From the IMG/VR virus record IMGVR_UViG_3300045988_105796: a stretch of DNA of 64,000 nt; one strand, given 5' to 3'. This DNA comes from a virus. Of this stretch, positions 47,348 through 57,017 are shown in pieces. The notes under the pieces are model-generated. The model was not told the origin of the DNA, ran no database searches, and saw only the letters and a list, made by a program, of their open reading frames with translations. The translations under genes were made by a program, and so were the position numbers. Position 1 is the first letter of the stretch, and the number at the start of each line of letters is the position of its first letter.

Positions 47348-47758
47348 TTATAATCTATCATCTACATGAGGAAAGATCATCTCTTGTATCTCATATTCAG
47401 TAATAGCTGTTACCTCTGGTACTTGAATATGGTTTACAGCATCTGCTATCAAAGAAGTAAATGTAGATCTAACCTCTTCTTCAGTTTGGTAATGAGTATC
47501 ATTATTTAGCTGAGACATTTTAGTAATGTTTCTAGCTCCATTCTCTATACCATCTAATTTAGCTTTTAGCTCATTAGAAAAATTATTCTGAGTTGCTACA
47601 CTATCTTGAGAAGTTTTGATACAGTTTTTAATACTTAAGATGAACTCCCAGAAGTCATCTACAGTACCTTGAAAACCATGATGAACAGCATCATCATAAT
47701 AGCCCTGTAGAAGTCTCTGATCTATCTCAGGGCAAGTGTAATACTTACTTGTGTACAT
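47348..47758 (-). CDS. Hypothetical protein
   Basis: ORF track. Confidence 0.45.
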   Translation of the reverse strand: MYTSKYYTCPEIDQRLLQGYYDDAVHHGFQGTVDDFWEFILSIKNCIKTSQDSVATQNNFSNELKAKLDGIENGARNITKMSQLNNDTHYQTEEEVRSTFTSLIADAVNHIQVPEVTAITEYEIQEMIFPHVDDRL

Positions 47759-47773
47759 TGTTTATAATGTTTA

Positions 47774-48430
47774 TTATGGTTTACCATTGAAACCTTCTAT
47801 GTTCTTACCACAGAAATATTCATTATCTGTACCTTTGAAATCATTGAAAGTTTCCAAATTCTTTCCGCAAAATAATTCTTTTTCAGAACCAAAGAATCCC
47901 TCTTGTTCTTGAGATTCCATAGGTATGTATCTGAGCTTAGTATCTCTATCTCTCTTTAAGATGATAAGTAATACTAAAGCTTCATCTTTAGCTTGAGCTA
48001 CTTGAGTATCTCCGGTAGGTTTATATACTAGACCGTTTATAACGAACCTATCCTCTGACCAGTTAAAATCAAAGTAACCATCAGTACCGCTTTCAGCATC
48101 TATACTAGCATTCTTCCAATACCTACCTTTGTCTAAACTTTTAAGGTAATCTGAAGATAATAATATAGATAGATTCTCTTCATCAGTTTCACCTGAAGTA
48201 GATTGTATATTGATAGGCCAGTTTCTAAAAGCATTATAAAAACATAAAGCTTCTATCTTTATCCTATAATAATGAGGGAATTCATCTTCACCTTGGTATA
48301 ACATTTGGTTCACATGTTTTGCCCACACTATAGTTTGCCTACCAGCGTCCATATCAAGGAATCTCATTACATTCCTTTTATACCTATCCCAAGCTCTATT
48401 ACTTAGGAAGTAACATCCTTTCTTTGTCAT
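47774..48430 (-). CDS. Hypothetical protein with C-terminal FCGKN(L/I)E.FN duplication
   Basis: ORF track. ELFCGKNLETFN and EYFCGKNIEGFN lie 13 aa apart at the C-terminus. Confidence 0.45.
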   Translation of the reverse strand: MTKKGCYFLSNRAWDRYKRNVMRFLDMDAGRQTIVWAKHVNQMLYQGEDEFPHYYRIKIEALCFYNAFRNWPINIQSTSGETDEENLSILLSSDYLKSLDKGRYWKNASIDAESGTDGYFDFNWSEDRFVINGLVYKPTGDTQVAQAKDEALVLLIILKRDRDTKLRYIPMESQEQEGFFGSEKELFCGKNLETFNDFKGTDNEYFCGKNIEGFNGKP

Positions 48431-49344
48431 CTTTTCTTAGGTATTAAAGTAACTCCTTGGTGAGATAATGGAGAAGTTGGATTTGGACCTCCTAAAACAC
48501 CTGGATTCCTTCTATTAACTACTCTCGGTATAACTACATCATGAATTTGATCACAGAAAGGTAAGTATATATCTAACCTCTGAGCTAAAGTACATAGGTT
48601 CTTCCTTAGTTGATCCATTACACCTCCTGGTTGCAATGCTTTCATATATGTAGAAAAGAAGTTTGATACTGAATCAGATATATTATCAAAATACTCTACT
48701 TCAGTAGGTCCAGTAGTAATCTTCTTTACCCTATCTCCTATTACTCCTTCATCATCTGAATCTTCTTTCTCTTTTTGATTAGATTTAGTTTCATTAGTTC
48801 TGGTAAGTTCACTTATGTATTTTCCAGTACTAGTTAGTATATTAGTAACTTCTACATTGAGATAATCCCATGCAGCTAGTTCCATAATCAATTGGTTTTC
48901 TAAACCTTCATAGTAGAGTTCATCATTATAATGCTCAATAGGAATTTCTTTTCCTTCCTCTCGATTCACTAGAGGTTGTATATAGAGCTGCCATTTATTA
49001 ATATAAACGTTCTTTTGTTCAAAACTCATACCCTGAGTAATTTCCTGGGGTATATAATTATTCACCAAGTTATAAATACTATCAGGTAAATGTGTTTTAA
49101 CTATATCCGATACTATTACAGTTCTAGAAGAGGTTTTATGATATCCAGTGTTTGGATCATTTACCTCTAAGGTTACAGTATAAAAGCCATTCTCTGAGTA
49201 AGTGTGACTTGGGTTTTTTAAGGTACTGGGATCCGTAAAATCACCAAAGTCCCAGGAAAAGATAGCTTTCACTGGGACTTTAGAGAATATTCGAAAAGAT
49301 ACACCCAGACCTTCAGTTATACATTGGAAGTCTAAGTTATCCAT
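48427..49344 (-). CDS. PKD (Ig-like) domain protein, probable capsid/neck accessory protein
   Basis: FSWDFGDFTDPSTLKNPSHTYSENGFYTVTLEVNDPNTGYHKTSSRTVIV matches the PKD consensus WDFGDG...H.Y...G.Y.V.L.V. Confidence 0.6.
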   Translation of the reverse strand: MDNLDFQCITEGLGVSFRIFSKVPVKAIFSWDFGDFTDPSTLKNPSHTYSENGFYTVTLEVNDPNTGYHKTSSRTVIVSDIVKTHLPDSIYNLVNNYIPQEITQGMSFEQKNVYINKWQLYIQPLVNREEGKEIPIEHYNDELYYEGLENQLIMELAAWDYLNVEVTNILTSTGKYISELTRTNETKSNQKEKEDSDDEGVIGDRVKKITTGPTEVEYFDNISDSVSNFFSTYMKALQPGGVMDQLRKNLCTLAQRLDIYLPFCDQIHDVVIPRVVNRRNPGVLGGPNPTSPLSHQGVTLIPKKR

Positions 49345-49356
49345 GTTTTATTTATT

Positions 49357-49746
49357 TTAAGACATGAGAGCCTCTACAATAGATAGTACAGTATCATCTT
49401 TCTCTACTGTGATATTATTATCTTCAGCTAAAGCTTTAGCCTCTTCCATAGTGAAAGCCTTTGCAATCTTACCGGCATCCATACCTGCCTCTACTAGCTT
49501 ATCAAACTTAGCCTTTAGAGTATCAGGATCTACCTCATTGACTACTTCGTTCTTATCTGCTACGTACTGTAGATGACCATTGATAAGGGCTTTACGAATC
49601 TTAGGTGCAGCCAACTGACGTAATGATAGTTCTACTACCTCTCCTCGTACAACTTGAATGCCTGTAGAAGGATCGTAAAAACTATAGGCATTATCACCTA
49701 ATGAAACGTATTTTGAATCTGTATTTGCTGATTTATTTTTTCCCAT
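49357..49746 (-). CDS. Hypothetical protein downstream of the major capsid gene
   Basis: ORF track; preceded by the TAAACATTAAAA motif. Confidence 0.5.
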   Translation of the reverse strand: MGKNKSANTDSKYVSLGDNAYSFYDPSTGIQVVRGEVVELSLRQLAAPKIRKALINGHLQYVADKNEVVNEVDPDTLKAKFDKLVEAGMDAGKIAKAFTMEEAKALAEDNNITVEKDDTVLSIVEALMS

Positions 49747-49748
49747 TG

Positions 49749-49760
49749 TTTTAATGTTTA
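49749..49760 (-). promoter_or_regulatory. Recurrent leader motif TAAACATTAAAA
   Basis: The minus strand reads CAACTTAAACATTAAAACA-ATG. Confidence 0.3.
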
Positions 49761-49775
49761 AGTTGATGTAAAGTT

Positions 49776-49817
49776 AAAAACCTCACCCCAGTTAATTAAA
49801 ACTGAGGCAAGGTGAGA
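49776..49817 (-). terminator. Intrinsic terminator after the major capsid gene
   Basis: The minus strand reads CTCACCTTGCCTCAGTT-TTAATT-AACTGGGGTGAGG followed by TTTTT. Confidence 0.6.
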
Positions 49818-49838
49818 ATATTTAATTAAAGCCAGGTA

Positions 49839-50963
49839 TTATTCCAAGTTAACTGACAAATATGGATCGATGTTCATGAATGCTGGGAATCCATTTGTAG
49901 AGAAGGCCTTATTAGCAGCCATGAGTACAGCAGCATCCTGATACATCTTGCTAAAACCAGTAGTGATAGTAGCATAAGTAGCATTAGTCTGATTTGAAAC
50001 GATTCGCTCTGATTCAAGCATAAGCTCCTTAGCAGTAAGCTTAATGAGAGCAGCATTCTTATCTACCATCAAGATATTCTTATCTGGAGTTCCTGGGTGA
50101 ATATAGAAGTTAGCCTGGTTAGGAACTGGAGACTTAACATTGAGTGTAGCCTGTGTAGTTCCCTGCTCACGTTTCTTAAACTCTGGCAAATCGAGCAATT
50201 CAATTGCCTGATCTTCAGAACCAATGATATTCTGGTAGTTACGACCAAGACGAGAAGCACGTACCCAGAGACGGAGAAGATCCTTGTAAGTAATACCAGT
50301 AGTAGTATTATTTACACCAATTACTGGAGCAGATTCAGAACCGTCGATCATATTACCATTGAGGAGTACATCCATTGCCAATGTATCCATAGCATAGCCA
50401 AGCTGAATACCAAAGTCACGGAGATATACACCCAATACGTCGATTGATACGTAATCACGAACCTCATCAGTAAGCTTGAAGCCCTTACCAATCTTAAAGA
50501 TTGATACCTGCTTCTCACCGTAAGAAATGTCTCCCAATGGGATAGTCTCAGCCTCGTTTACCTTTGCAGGACTAGCGTCAGACATATTTACATGAGGCAT
50601 AGTAACCTTCAAACCCTTTACATGCTCTTCAGAAGCAATGATCTCTGGGTAGAAAGGAGCCTTACGAACACCTGTATAGATAGCTGCACGAATGATCTCT
50701 GGTACCAACCAACGAACATTCTGATCTGGCATAGTGAACAGATTCTGGATGGTAGTCATACGAGGGTTAATACCAACCTTATCGTAGAAAGCATCCAAGC
50801 TAATACCATATTTCTCCTGTACCATCTCAGACAGACTGATGTCTGTACAGATATGATTACCATCTCCAGCACGGGTAGCGTCCATGAAACGTACCATCTC
50901 TGGCAAAGCATTGATGAAATCCTGTGACTTCATCTTGCTCAAATCAATTTTATTTTCTGCCAT
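49839..50963 (-). CDS. Major capsid protein
   Basis: 374 aa in the order portal-scaffold-decoration-capsid. Locally raised GC and codon bias consistent with high expression. A strong terminator follows. Confidence 0.65.
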   Translation of the reverse strand: MAENKIDLSKMKSQDFINALPEMVRFMDATRAGDGNHICTDISLSEMVQEKYGISLDAFYDKVGINPRMTTIQNLFTMPDQNVRWLVPEIIRAAIYTGVRKAPFYPEIIASEEHVKGLKVTMPHVNMSDASPAKVNEAETIPLGDISYGEKQVSIFKIGKGFKLTDEVRDYVSIDVLGVYLRDFGIQLGYAMDTLAMDVLLNGNMIDGSESAPVIGVNNTTTGITYKDLLRLWVRASRLGRNYQNIIGSEDQAIELLDLPEFKKREQGTTQATLNVKSPVPNQANFYIHPGTPDKNILMVDKNAALIKLTAKELMLESERIVSNQTNATYATITTGFSKMYQDAAVLMAANKAFSTNGFPAFMNIDPYLSVNLE

Positions 50964-50996
50964 ATTATTATAATGTTATATGTTCTTTACTTAAGT

Positions 50997-51479
50997 TTAT
51001 CGTACCAATACCTGTACGAGTTCATTAGCAGCATCTGCAGGATTGATAGCAATGAACTTAGTTTCTGTTGTAGAAGCAGCTACCTCTACAAAACGATCTT
51101 GCTTAACAGTTCCTGTAGGCTTTACATAACCACACTGGAATGTAGCACTAGAAATGTAATTACAGATAGCAAAAGCTTCTACAGCTACAGTTACCTCTGC
51201 AGGGAAATTACGCTGAGCAGCATAAGCTGGGTTTACACTATCAGTAACAGCAATTCCCAAATAAATCTCACTAGCTTGGCCCTTATATGGAGAAATAGAA
51301 CCATCTGTGTTAAGAGCTACTGGCTGACCCTTTACGATTACTTCAGGCTTATGTGTAGAATTATCTACCTTAGCCATGAAAGCCTGGTGCAACTTATGTG
51401 ATTCGTGCTTGTAAATTACAGTACGAGGTGTAACCTCTCCCATCAAGGTAAGAGGCTGATTTTTGAAATATACTCCCAT
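50997..51479 (-). CDS. Head decoration / capsid accessory protein (DUF2190-like position)
   Basis: 160 aa Ala/Val-rich beta protein between the scaffold and capsid genes. Assigned by position. Confidence 0.4.
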   Translation of the reverse strand: MGVYFKNQPLTLMGEVTPRTVIYKHESHKLHQAFMAKVDNSTHKPEVIVKGQPVALNTDGSISPYKGQASEIYLGIAVTDSVNPAYAAQRNFPAEVTVAVEAFAICNYISSATFQCGYVKPTGTVKQDRFVEVAASTTETKFIAINPADAANELVQVLVR

Positions 51480-51500
51480 ATTATTATATTTTTAGATTTG

Positions 51501-53018
51501 TTACTCTGATACTTTGTACTGGTTCTTACGAGAGAAGATATTAGCAGCAGCCTTAGCAGTATCAACTGGATTCTCCTTATTGCTTGTAACCTCCTTCTTA
51601 TCTGGATCCTCTACAGATGAAGCACGGCTTACATCTTTAGAACCACAGTGATTGCAGTGCATAGGATATGCCTCTTCAAGTTTCTGAGCATAGGTCTTAT
51701 TCAAACCTTCCAGAGTTACTACTGGAGTATTTTCTGCCTGGAGCATTACATAGATAGCGTCATTCTCCTTGAAAGAATCTCCCATTAACTTACGGTAGTT
51801 ATTGCAAGCTTCCTCACGTAGCTTACTTACATAAGTTTTACCGAGATTTGCCTGCTCAGTAAGTGAAGTCTTCTCGGCCTCGAGATTGGAAATCTTCTCC
51901 TCAAGCTTTGCCTTCTCTTCAGTAAGATTATTTACTGTATCAGTAAGACTTGCCTTATCTGATACGATTTGCTGGATAAGGGAAATAGCCTCTTCTGGAG
52001 AAGCTTCTTTACCTTCTGATAGAGTAAGCATATCCTTTCCGAATAGCTTCTCCAAAAATTCTTTTAGTTCTTTATCCATTTTAGTGTTTGATAAATTAGT
52101 ATTTTCAACCTTGTTATTATTAACCTGTTGAGTATTGTAGTACTCTAAATCAGTTTTATTGTCTAAAAAGAAAAATTCTCTAGTTCCTTTCTCCTCATGT
52201 TCCTTGAAAGCTTCATAGGTTTGTTTTGCAAATGTTGGATTTACAATTTTACCATCTGAACCAATTTTCTGGGCAAAGGTATCAGCACCATGAGATACTA
52301 AAGAGGTTTCCAAGAATCTTACTATACCTGTACATACCTTACAGATCATATTACCTTCTTTGTCATATGTACCAAGTTTCTCCCAGAATTCTCCATCATC
52401 AAGCTCTGGATGAGATTTATCCCATGTAAACTGTACAGTTACAGAATTACTGTGTATTGAAGGAGGATCCATTAAGATACCTCTTGCAATTCTAGGATTA
52501 GCTTTCCCATCAATCTTTAGGATTCCATTAATACCTGCTGGTATAGTATAGCCATCTACTTTGTAAGAATCTTGCCATACTACTTTTGAAACAGATCCAA
52601 TGGCATTACCTATGTCTGTACTATGATCACAGTTTACAGTTTGTCCGAGTATTAGAGGCATAGCTGCTTTTAATACTCCATTCCTACTAAAATCTACAGG
52701 ATTCCAGTTCTTAGATACAATAGTTTCGGATAACAGTCGGAACATAGGTTCTATAAACTCGTTATCCTTAGGAGTTAGATCCTCTGGCTTCAAATCAGGG
52801 TAGTATGTATTATAATCAATATCACTACCAAAGAAGCCAAACTTCTGTATACTATCCTTAGAAGTTTTATTCCATGAGAAGAAATTCTCTGATAACTTTG
52901 TTAAGGGTTCTTTCTCTTGTACAGGAGCTGGTACATTACCCACTAAAATAGAATGGCCAGCTCCAATAACCATAGTCTCATTAAAACTATGATTACTTCT
53001 GGTTATTGGTTTACTCAT
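51501..53018 (-). CDS. Scaffolding protein, possibly fused to a prohead protease domain
   Basis: C-terminal coiled coil LTEEKAKLEEKISNLEAEKTSLTEQ. About 300-aa globular N-terminal domain. Position after the portal. Confidence 0.45.
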   Translation of the reverse strand: MSKPITRSNHSFNETMVIGAGHSILVGNVPAPVQEKEPLTKLSENFFSWNKTSKDSIQKFGFFGSDIDYNTYYPDLKPEDLTPKDNEFIEPMFRLLSETIVSKNWNPVDFSRNGVLKAAMPLILGQTVNCDHSTDIGNAIGSVSKVVWQDSYKVDGYTIPAGINGILKIDGKANPRIARGILMDPPSIHSNSVTVQFTWDKSHPELDDGEFWEKLGTYDKEGNMICKVCTGIVRFLETSLVSHGADTFAQKIGSDGKIVNPTFAKQTYEAFKEHEEKGTREFFFLDNKTDLEYYNTQQVNNNKVENTNLSNTKMDKELKEFLEKLFGKDMLTLSEGKEASPEEAISLIQQIVSDKASLTDTVNNLTEEKAKLEEKISNLEAEKTSLTEQANLGKTYVSKLREEACNNYRKLMGDSFKENDAIYVMLQAENTPVVTLEGLNKTYAQKLEEAYPMHCNHCGSKDVSRASSVEDPDKKEVTSNKENPVDTAKAAANIFSRKNQYKVSE

Positions 53019-53020
53019 AT

Positions 53021-54487
53021 TTATCTTGGTTTTGAATTTTGATCTTTTCTCTTAGGCATTGGTTTATTCTTATCCCTTACACCACGATCAGATTTAGATT
53101 TATCATCTTTTCTCTCCTTATCTTCTATACCTATTTTACCATTATTCTGTTGTTCAATAGGTACTCTTGGAGCTTCCTGATCTGGGCTATCATAACCCAT
53201 TTCCTGAGCATATTGTAACATAGATATGATACCATCTCTATATAAGGCATTAAGATTCTGTACCTTATATTGAGTAGCCTGTTGGATTTTTACATCATCG
53301 GTTACAGTAGCAGGATTCCAAGTAATTTTAATACCTTTATTATTAAATCCAGCAAGTTGTAACTCTAAAGAATATAAGAATTCAAGTACACTACCAACTA
53401 AACTCTGGATAACCTTTAATTGAGATATGAGTTTAGAAAGATTTATACCAGCTCCACCTTCTGTATTAGTATCAGTAACACCTAATAGTGTACTATTTAT
53501 ACCAAGACCGTTAGCTACAGACTGTTGGTTCATTTTCCAAGGTATATCTAGATTACCCATATCTTGAGTAGTAGAATTGAGTTTGAATTCATGATCTTCT
53601 TTATAACCAACTACCAAACCATCCTTCATACCCTCTTTCATACGTTTCTTGAGCTTAAGTAAATTAATTTCAAGACGACGTTCATATTGATTAGTACTTT
53701 CTGAAGGTCTCTGATCTGGTTTATCCATTAGCACTTCCATGAATCCCAATAGGCCAGCATTTTCCATGATATGTTTGAAATTTATTCTCATATCAGATTG
53801 ACCTTTTAGAGAATCTAAGGCTGCCATAAAGGGAGGTATTCCATAAGGTTCATCTGTATCATTGTACATACCTACATATTTATATGTAAGAGTGTTCAAT
53901 TTAATATAAGTATCTTTTCCTATAGCCAAGTTTGCATAACTTTTCTGATAAGGAATATATACTCCATCAGATTCCCTCTTGAACATTATACTGTCTGGTT
54001 TGATAAAAAGTACTGTAGATAAACCATCTAGATGTTGATTAGGTACTCCTTCTATAGATATAGCTCCACCAATTAGGAGTTGTACCATCATCTTATTTAC
54101 TAAACCATCAGTACCAGCAGTATAATTAGACCATCTTTTTGAAGCTTTCTTAAGGTGATCTACCATAGCTTCTGCTTCCTTACTAGTATTATTAGGAAAA
54201 CCTATTCTATGTCCAGTATTAGCTAACTGATACATATCTTGTAAGGCTTTACTTACATCAGGATTTACCTTATATAAATTCCTAAGTAGTTGAATAACTT
54301 CTACTCTAAATGAAGGATTTACCATTGTGTTAAAATCCTTCAAAGCATAAGTTAAACCATTACCATCTTCTGGAGCAGAAACTCTACCAGGATCTATTCC
54401 TGTAACTTTAGGTTTCTTTGGTTCAGTGTTACTAGTAGCATCTGGGTGTCCTCTAGTAACTGAAATGTTATAACCGAATATTTTCAT
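53021..54487 (-). CDS. Portal protein
   Basis: 488 aa, immediately downstream of TerL (4-nt overlap). Charged C-terminal tail. Confidence 0.7.
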   Translation of the reverse strand: MKIFGYNISVTRGHPDATSNTEPKKPKVTGIDPGRVSAPEDGNGLTYALKDFNTMVNPSFRVEVIQLLRNLYKVNPDVSKALQDMYQLANTGHRIGFPNNTSKEAEAMVDHLKKASKRWSNYTAGTDGLVNKMMVQLLIGGAISIEGVPNQHLDGLSTVLFIKPDSIMFKRESDGVYIPYQKSYANLAIGKDTYIKLNTLTYKYVGMYNDTDEPYGIPPFMAALDSLKGQSDMRINFKHIMENAGLLGFMEVLMDKPDQRPSESTNQYERRLEINLLKLKKRMKEGMKDGLVVGYKEDHEFKLNSTTQDMGNLDIPWKMNQQSVANGLGINSTLLGVTDTNTEGGAGINLSKLISQLKVIQSLVGSVLEFLYSLELQLAGFNNKGIKITWNPATVTDDVKIQQATQYKVQNLNALYRDGIISMLQYAQEMGYDSPDQEAPRVPIEQQNNGKIGIEDKERKDDKSKSDRGVRDKNKPMPKRKDQNSKPR

Positions 54488-55983
54488 CGTGGTTGAATAA
54501 TTATGTTTTGTTTACCTTTTCTAATATGATTACAGATAGCTTTGCCCATAATATCATCATCTGCATATACATCAGTTTCTAAACCGTCTTCAGAATCAGA
54601 ATTACTTTTATGTTTACCCATAGCTACAGGTCTACCTAAGCTATCATAAATAAAAGTCTTAGCCTCGTGAATAAAAAAAGGATCCTTTATAGTAGTTACT
54701 TCATTACGAATATCTGCTTCTAAACCATCAATGATAACGGGTCTGTTACTAGAAGTAGTAAGCCAACCTGGAGCTTTATCCATCTCAGGTCTTTTCTTAC
54801 CTTTCTTCTTCAACATTTTCTGATAGTAATAAAGTTTAGGATATCCTTCATTCTGTAAAGCAGCAGTAACTGCTAAACCAACATCATTAGATTCAGGGGC
54901 TAAGGTAGCAAAGTTAAACAATCTACCAGTATCTCCAAGTAATATGGCATATTTATCTACAGGCATTCTACCCTTATATACTGCTTGTTCTTCTCCAATT
55001 TTATCCATACAGGTAAATGATGAATAATCGGAACCTCTACCAGTTGCAACGTCTGCTCCTATAAAATATTCTTTATTTTCCTCCGGTTCTAAGAATTGAA
55101 GATATTGTCCATTATATCTACGTTTAATAATAGGATAGTCAGATATACAATCTTCTATGGCTTTAATATCAGCCATATCAAATACAGTATTACCAGAAGA
55201 TAAAAAGTCTCCATCTATCTCTTGGGCAGTTCTTCTTGGTCCAAGAGCAGATGACATCTGTTCATACCAATCATCATCTCGTTCAGGGTGCATTCTCCAA
55301 TATAATCTGAGGGCATTAAAAGGATTACCTCCAGTCAAAGCATTAACCCAAGTGTTATGGTAAAAATTAGCCATACCCATTGGAGTAGAATTAACTATAG
55401 CTGATCCACCGGTAGATAGTGTTGGGAAAGCAGCTGCCCAAATTTGAGAAGCCCATCTTACGATAGCAGCCTCGTCAATTACCAAAAGAGTAAGAGATTC
55501 TGAACGACCTGCTTCAGATGAAGTAGGTATAGATTCTATGAAAGAGCCATTTGCAAACTCCATCATAGAAGATGATCCAAATTCTCCAGATCTACCATTT
55601 ATAATAGGTATCTGTAAGAAAGGAGGTAAGTTCTTATACATGAACTTAATCTTCTTTAGTACCTTTTTAGCAGTAGTATCTTTAATAGATATGATGTTTA
55701 TCTTAGAATTTGGATGGTACATAGCTAGCCATAAGCAGTACATAGAGATCAACTCTGTAATACCTGCCTGTCTGAACTTAAGTACGATGTTAAACCTCTT
55801 AAGTACAAATTGGTAGAGTACAGCTTTTTGATAAGGATATAAATTAAAGTGTACTCTACCTCTTACAGGGTGTATCACATATATAAAGGCAGCAAAGAAA
55901 AATACATCTTGTACTACCTTAGATAATATACCTACCTGTTCACTAGTTAGACCTTGTGGAACTTTCAAATCTACTTTAGCCAT
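54484..55983 (-). CDS. terL: Terminase large subunit
   Basis: ATPase: LKFRQAGITELISMY and Walker B LTLLVIDEAAIV. Nuclease domain: FIGADVATGRGSDYSSF. Confidence 0.85.
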   Translation of the reverse strand: MAKVDLKVPQGLTSEQVGILSKVVQDVFFFAAFIYVIHPVRGRVHFNLYPYQKAVLYQFVLKRFNIVLKFRQAGITELISMYCLWLAMYHPNSKINIISIKDTTAKKVLKKIKFMYKNLPPFLQIPIINGRSGEFGSSSMMEFANGSFIESIPTSSEAGRSESLTLLVIDEAAIVRWASQIWAAAFPTLSTGGSAIVNSTPMGMANFYHNTWVNALTGGNPFNALRLYWRMHPERDDDWYEQMSSALGPRRTAQEIDGDFLSSGNTVFDMADIKAIEDCISDYPIIKRRYNGQYLQFLEPEENKEYFIGADVATGRGSDYSSFTCMDKIGEEQAVYKGRMPVDKYAILLGDTGRLFNFATLAPESNDVGLAVTAALQNEGYPKLYYYQKMLKKKGKKRPEMDKAPGWLTTSSNRPVIIDGLEADIRNEVTTIKDPFFIHEAKTFIYDSLGRPVAMGKHKSNSDSEDGLETDVYADDDIMGKAICNHIRKGKQNIIIQPR

Positions 55984-56819
55984 GGATTTAATTTATATCT
56001 TATTCCAATTTCTATATCAGCTTTTATATTATTATGTGTACCTATAGACTTTTCTAGAGCTCCTTCTAGAGAATAATCTAATCTATTAGTAGAAATCATA
56101 ATACCAGTACCAATATGAAGTTCTTTGTTAAATATTTTATATGAAGTATCTACATACGGTAAAATCCTAACCGGGTATACTCTTTTATAAGTAAGGCCCG
56201 AGTTAGGATTCCAGTTGTAAGAATACCTACTGAGATCCAGGTTATAATCCCTGGTTATATAAGTATGTGATTGAAAATTGTAAGAAGCGAATTGGATGTT
56301 GTTCCTATCAAATAAAATCTGAACCAAAGAATCCTTACTGTAAGTACCGAGATCCTTAAAACTTATATCCGCTAAAACCTTACTACTGTTTACAGCTGCT
56401 GGATTAAAGGAGATATTGTTTACCGAATCAAATTTACTTTTACTAGAACTGGCAAACGTAGTATTTACATGACTTTGGTGATTAGAGCGATCATTGAAAT
56501 CATTGGTATTCCAGTAAGTAATATTCTTTGGGTTCAGATATCCTGAATAATCAGGAGCTAAAGAAAATTCATCCTTTGTTGATTGTACTGTGGTTTCTTG
56601 TTTAGAAGAACCCATGTACTTTTTACTAGCGTTAGTTACTAACTTAACCGTGGTAGTATTCGGTTTTGGTTGGTATCTTGAAAGCTGTTTTGATAAGGAA
56701 TAATTTCTGAAGCAAAGGTATATAGTTGATCCTAATAATATTAGGCATAGGGCTTCTAGGAATAATTCCTTTACCCTAAATAGATTTTTGTGATTTATAT
56801 TTGCCATATCGATATACAT
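55971..56819 (-). CDS. Membrane-anchored, Ser/Asn/Thr-rich, beta-rich protein at the position where a small terminase subunit is expected
   Basis: N-terminal TM LFLEALCLILLGSTIYLCF, low-complexity linker, beta-strand-like C-terminus ending IEIGIRYKLNPWLK. 13-nt overlap with terL. Confidence 0.5.
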   Translation of the reverse strand: MYIDMANINHKNLFRVKELFLEALCLILLGSTIYLCFRNYSLSKQLSRYQPKPNTTTVKLVTNASKKYMGSSKQETTVQSTKDEFSLAPDYSGYLNPKNITYWNTNDFNDRSNHQSHVNTTFASSSKSKFDSVNNISFNPAAVNSSKVLADISFKDLGTYSKDSLVQILFDRNNIQFASYNFQSHTYITRDYNLDLSRYSYNWNPNSGLTYKRVYPVRILPYVDTSYKIFNKELHIGTGIMISTNRLDYSLEGALEKSIGTHNNIKADIEIGIRYKLNPWLK

Positions 56820-56895
56820 TTAGTGATTTACATTTTCTTAAACATATTCGTACGCGCTCGCATATACGCATATAAAGGCTAAAGGATATATATAT

Positions 56896-56956
56896 GGGTA
56901 ATTTAATTAAATTAATATATCTAAAGATATATAATTAATTTAATAAATTATTACCC
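56896..56956. repeat. Imperfect AT-rich inverted repeat capped by GGGTAAT / ATTACCC
   Basis: GGGTAATTTAATTAAATTAATATATCT-AA-AGATATATAATTAATTTAATAAATTATTACCC. Confidence 0.6.
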
Positions 56957-57017
56957 TAAAAAATATATCTAAAAATAATAATAAAAATTATATTCTGCCA
57001 GCGCTGCCAGAGGCCCT

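Noticed and set aside
49874-51401. Cluster of antisense and alternative-frame ORFs (49874-50056, 50069-50260, 50097-50447, 50592-50927, 50973-51401) over the capsid and decoration genes
   Set aside because: They lie entirely within or opposite long ORFs that fit the synteny. The region has higher GC, so off-frame stops are rarer. Their translations are low-complexity (Leu/Ser/Cys-rich) and lack start contexts.
51886-55816. Plus-strand ORFs opposite the scaffold and terminase genes (51886, 52226, 55157, 55538)
   Set aside because: Antisense to well-supported genes, with no independent signals.
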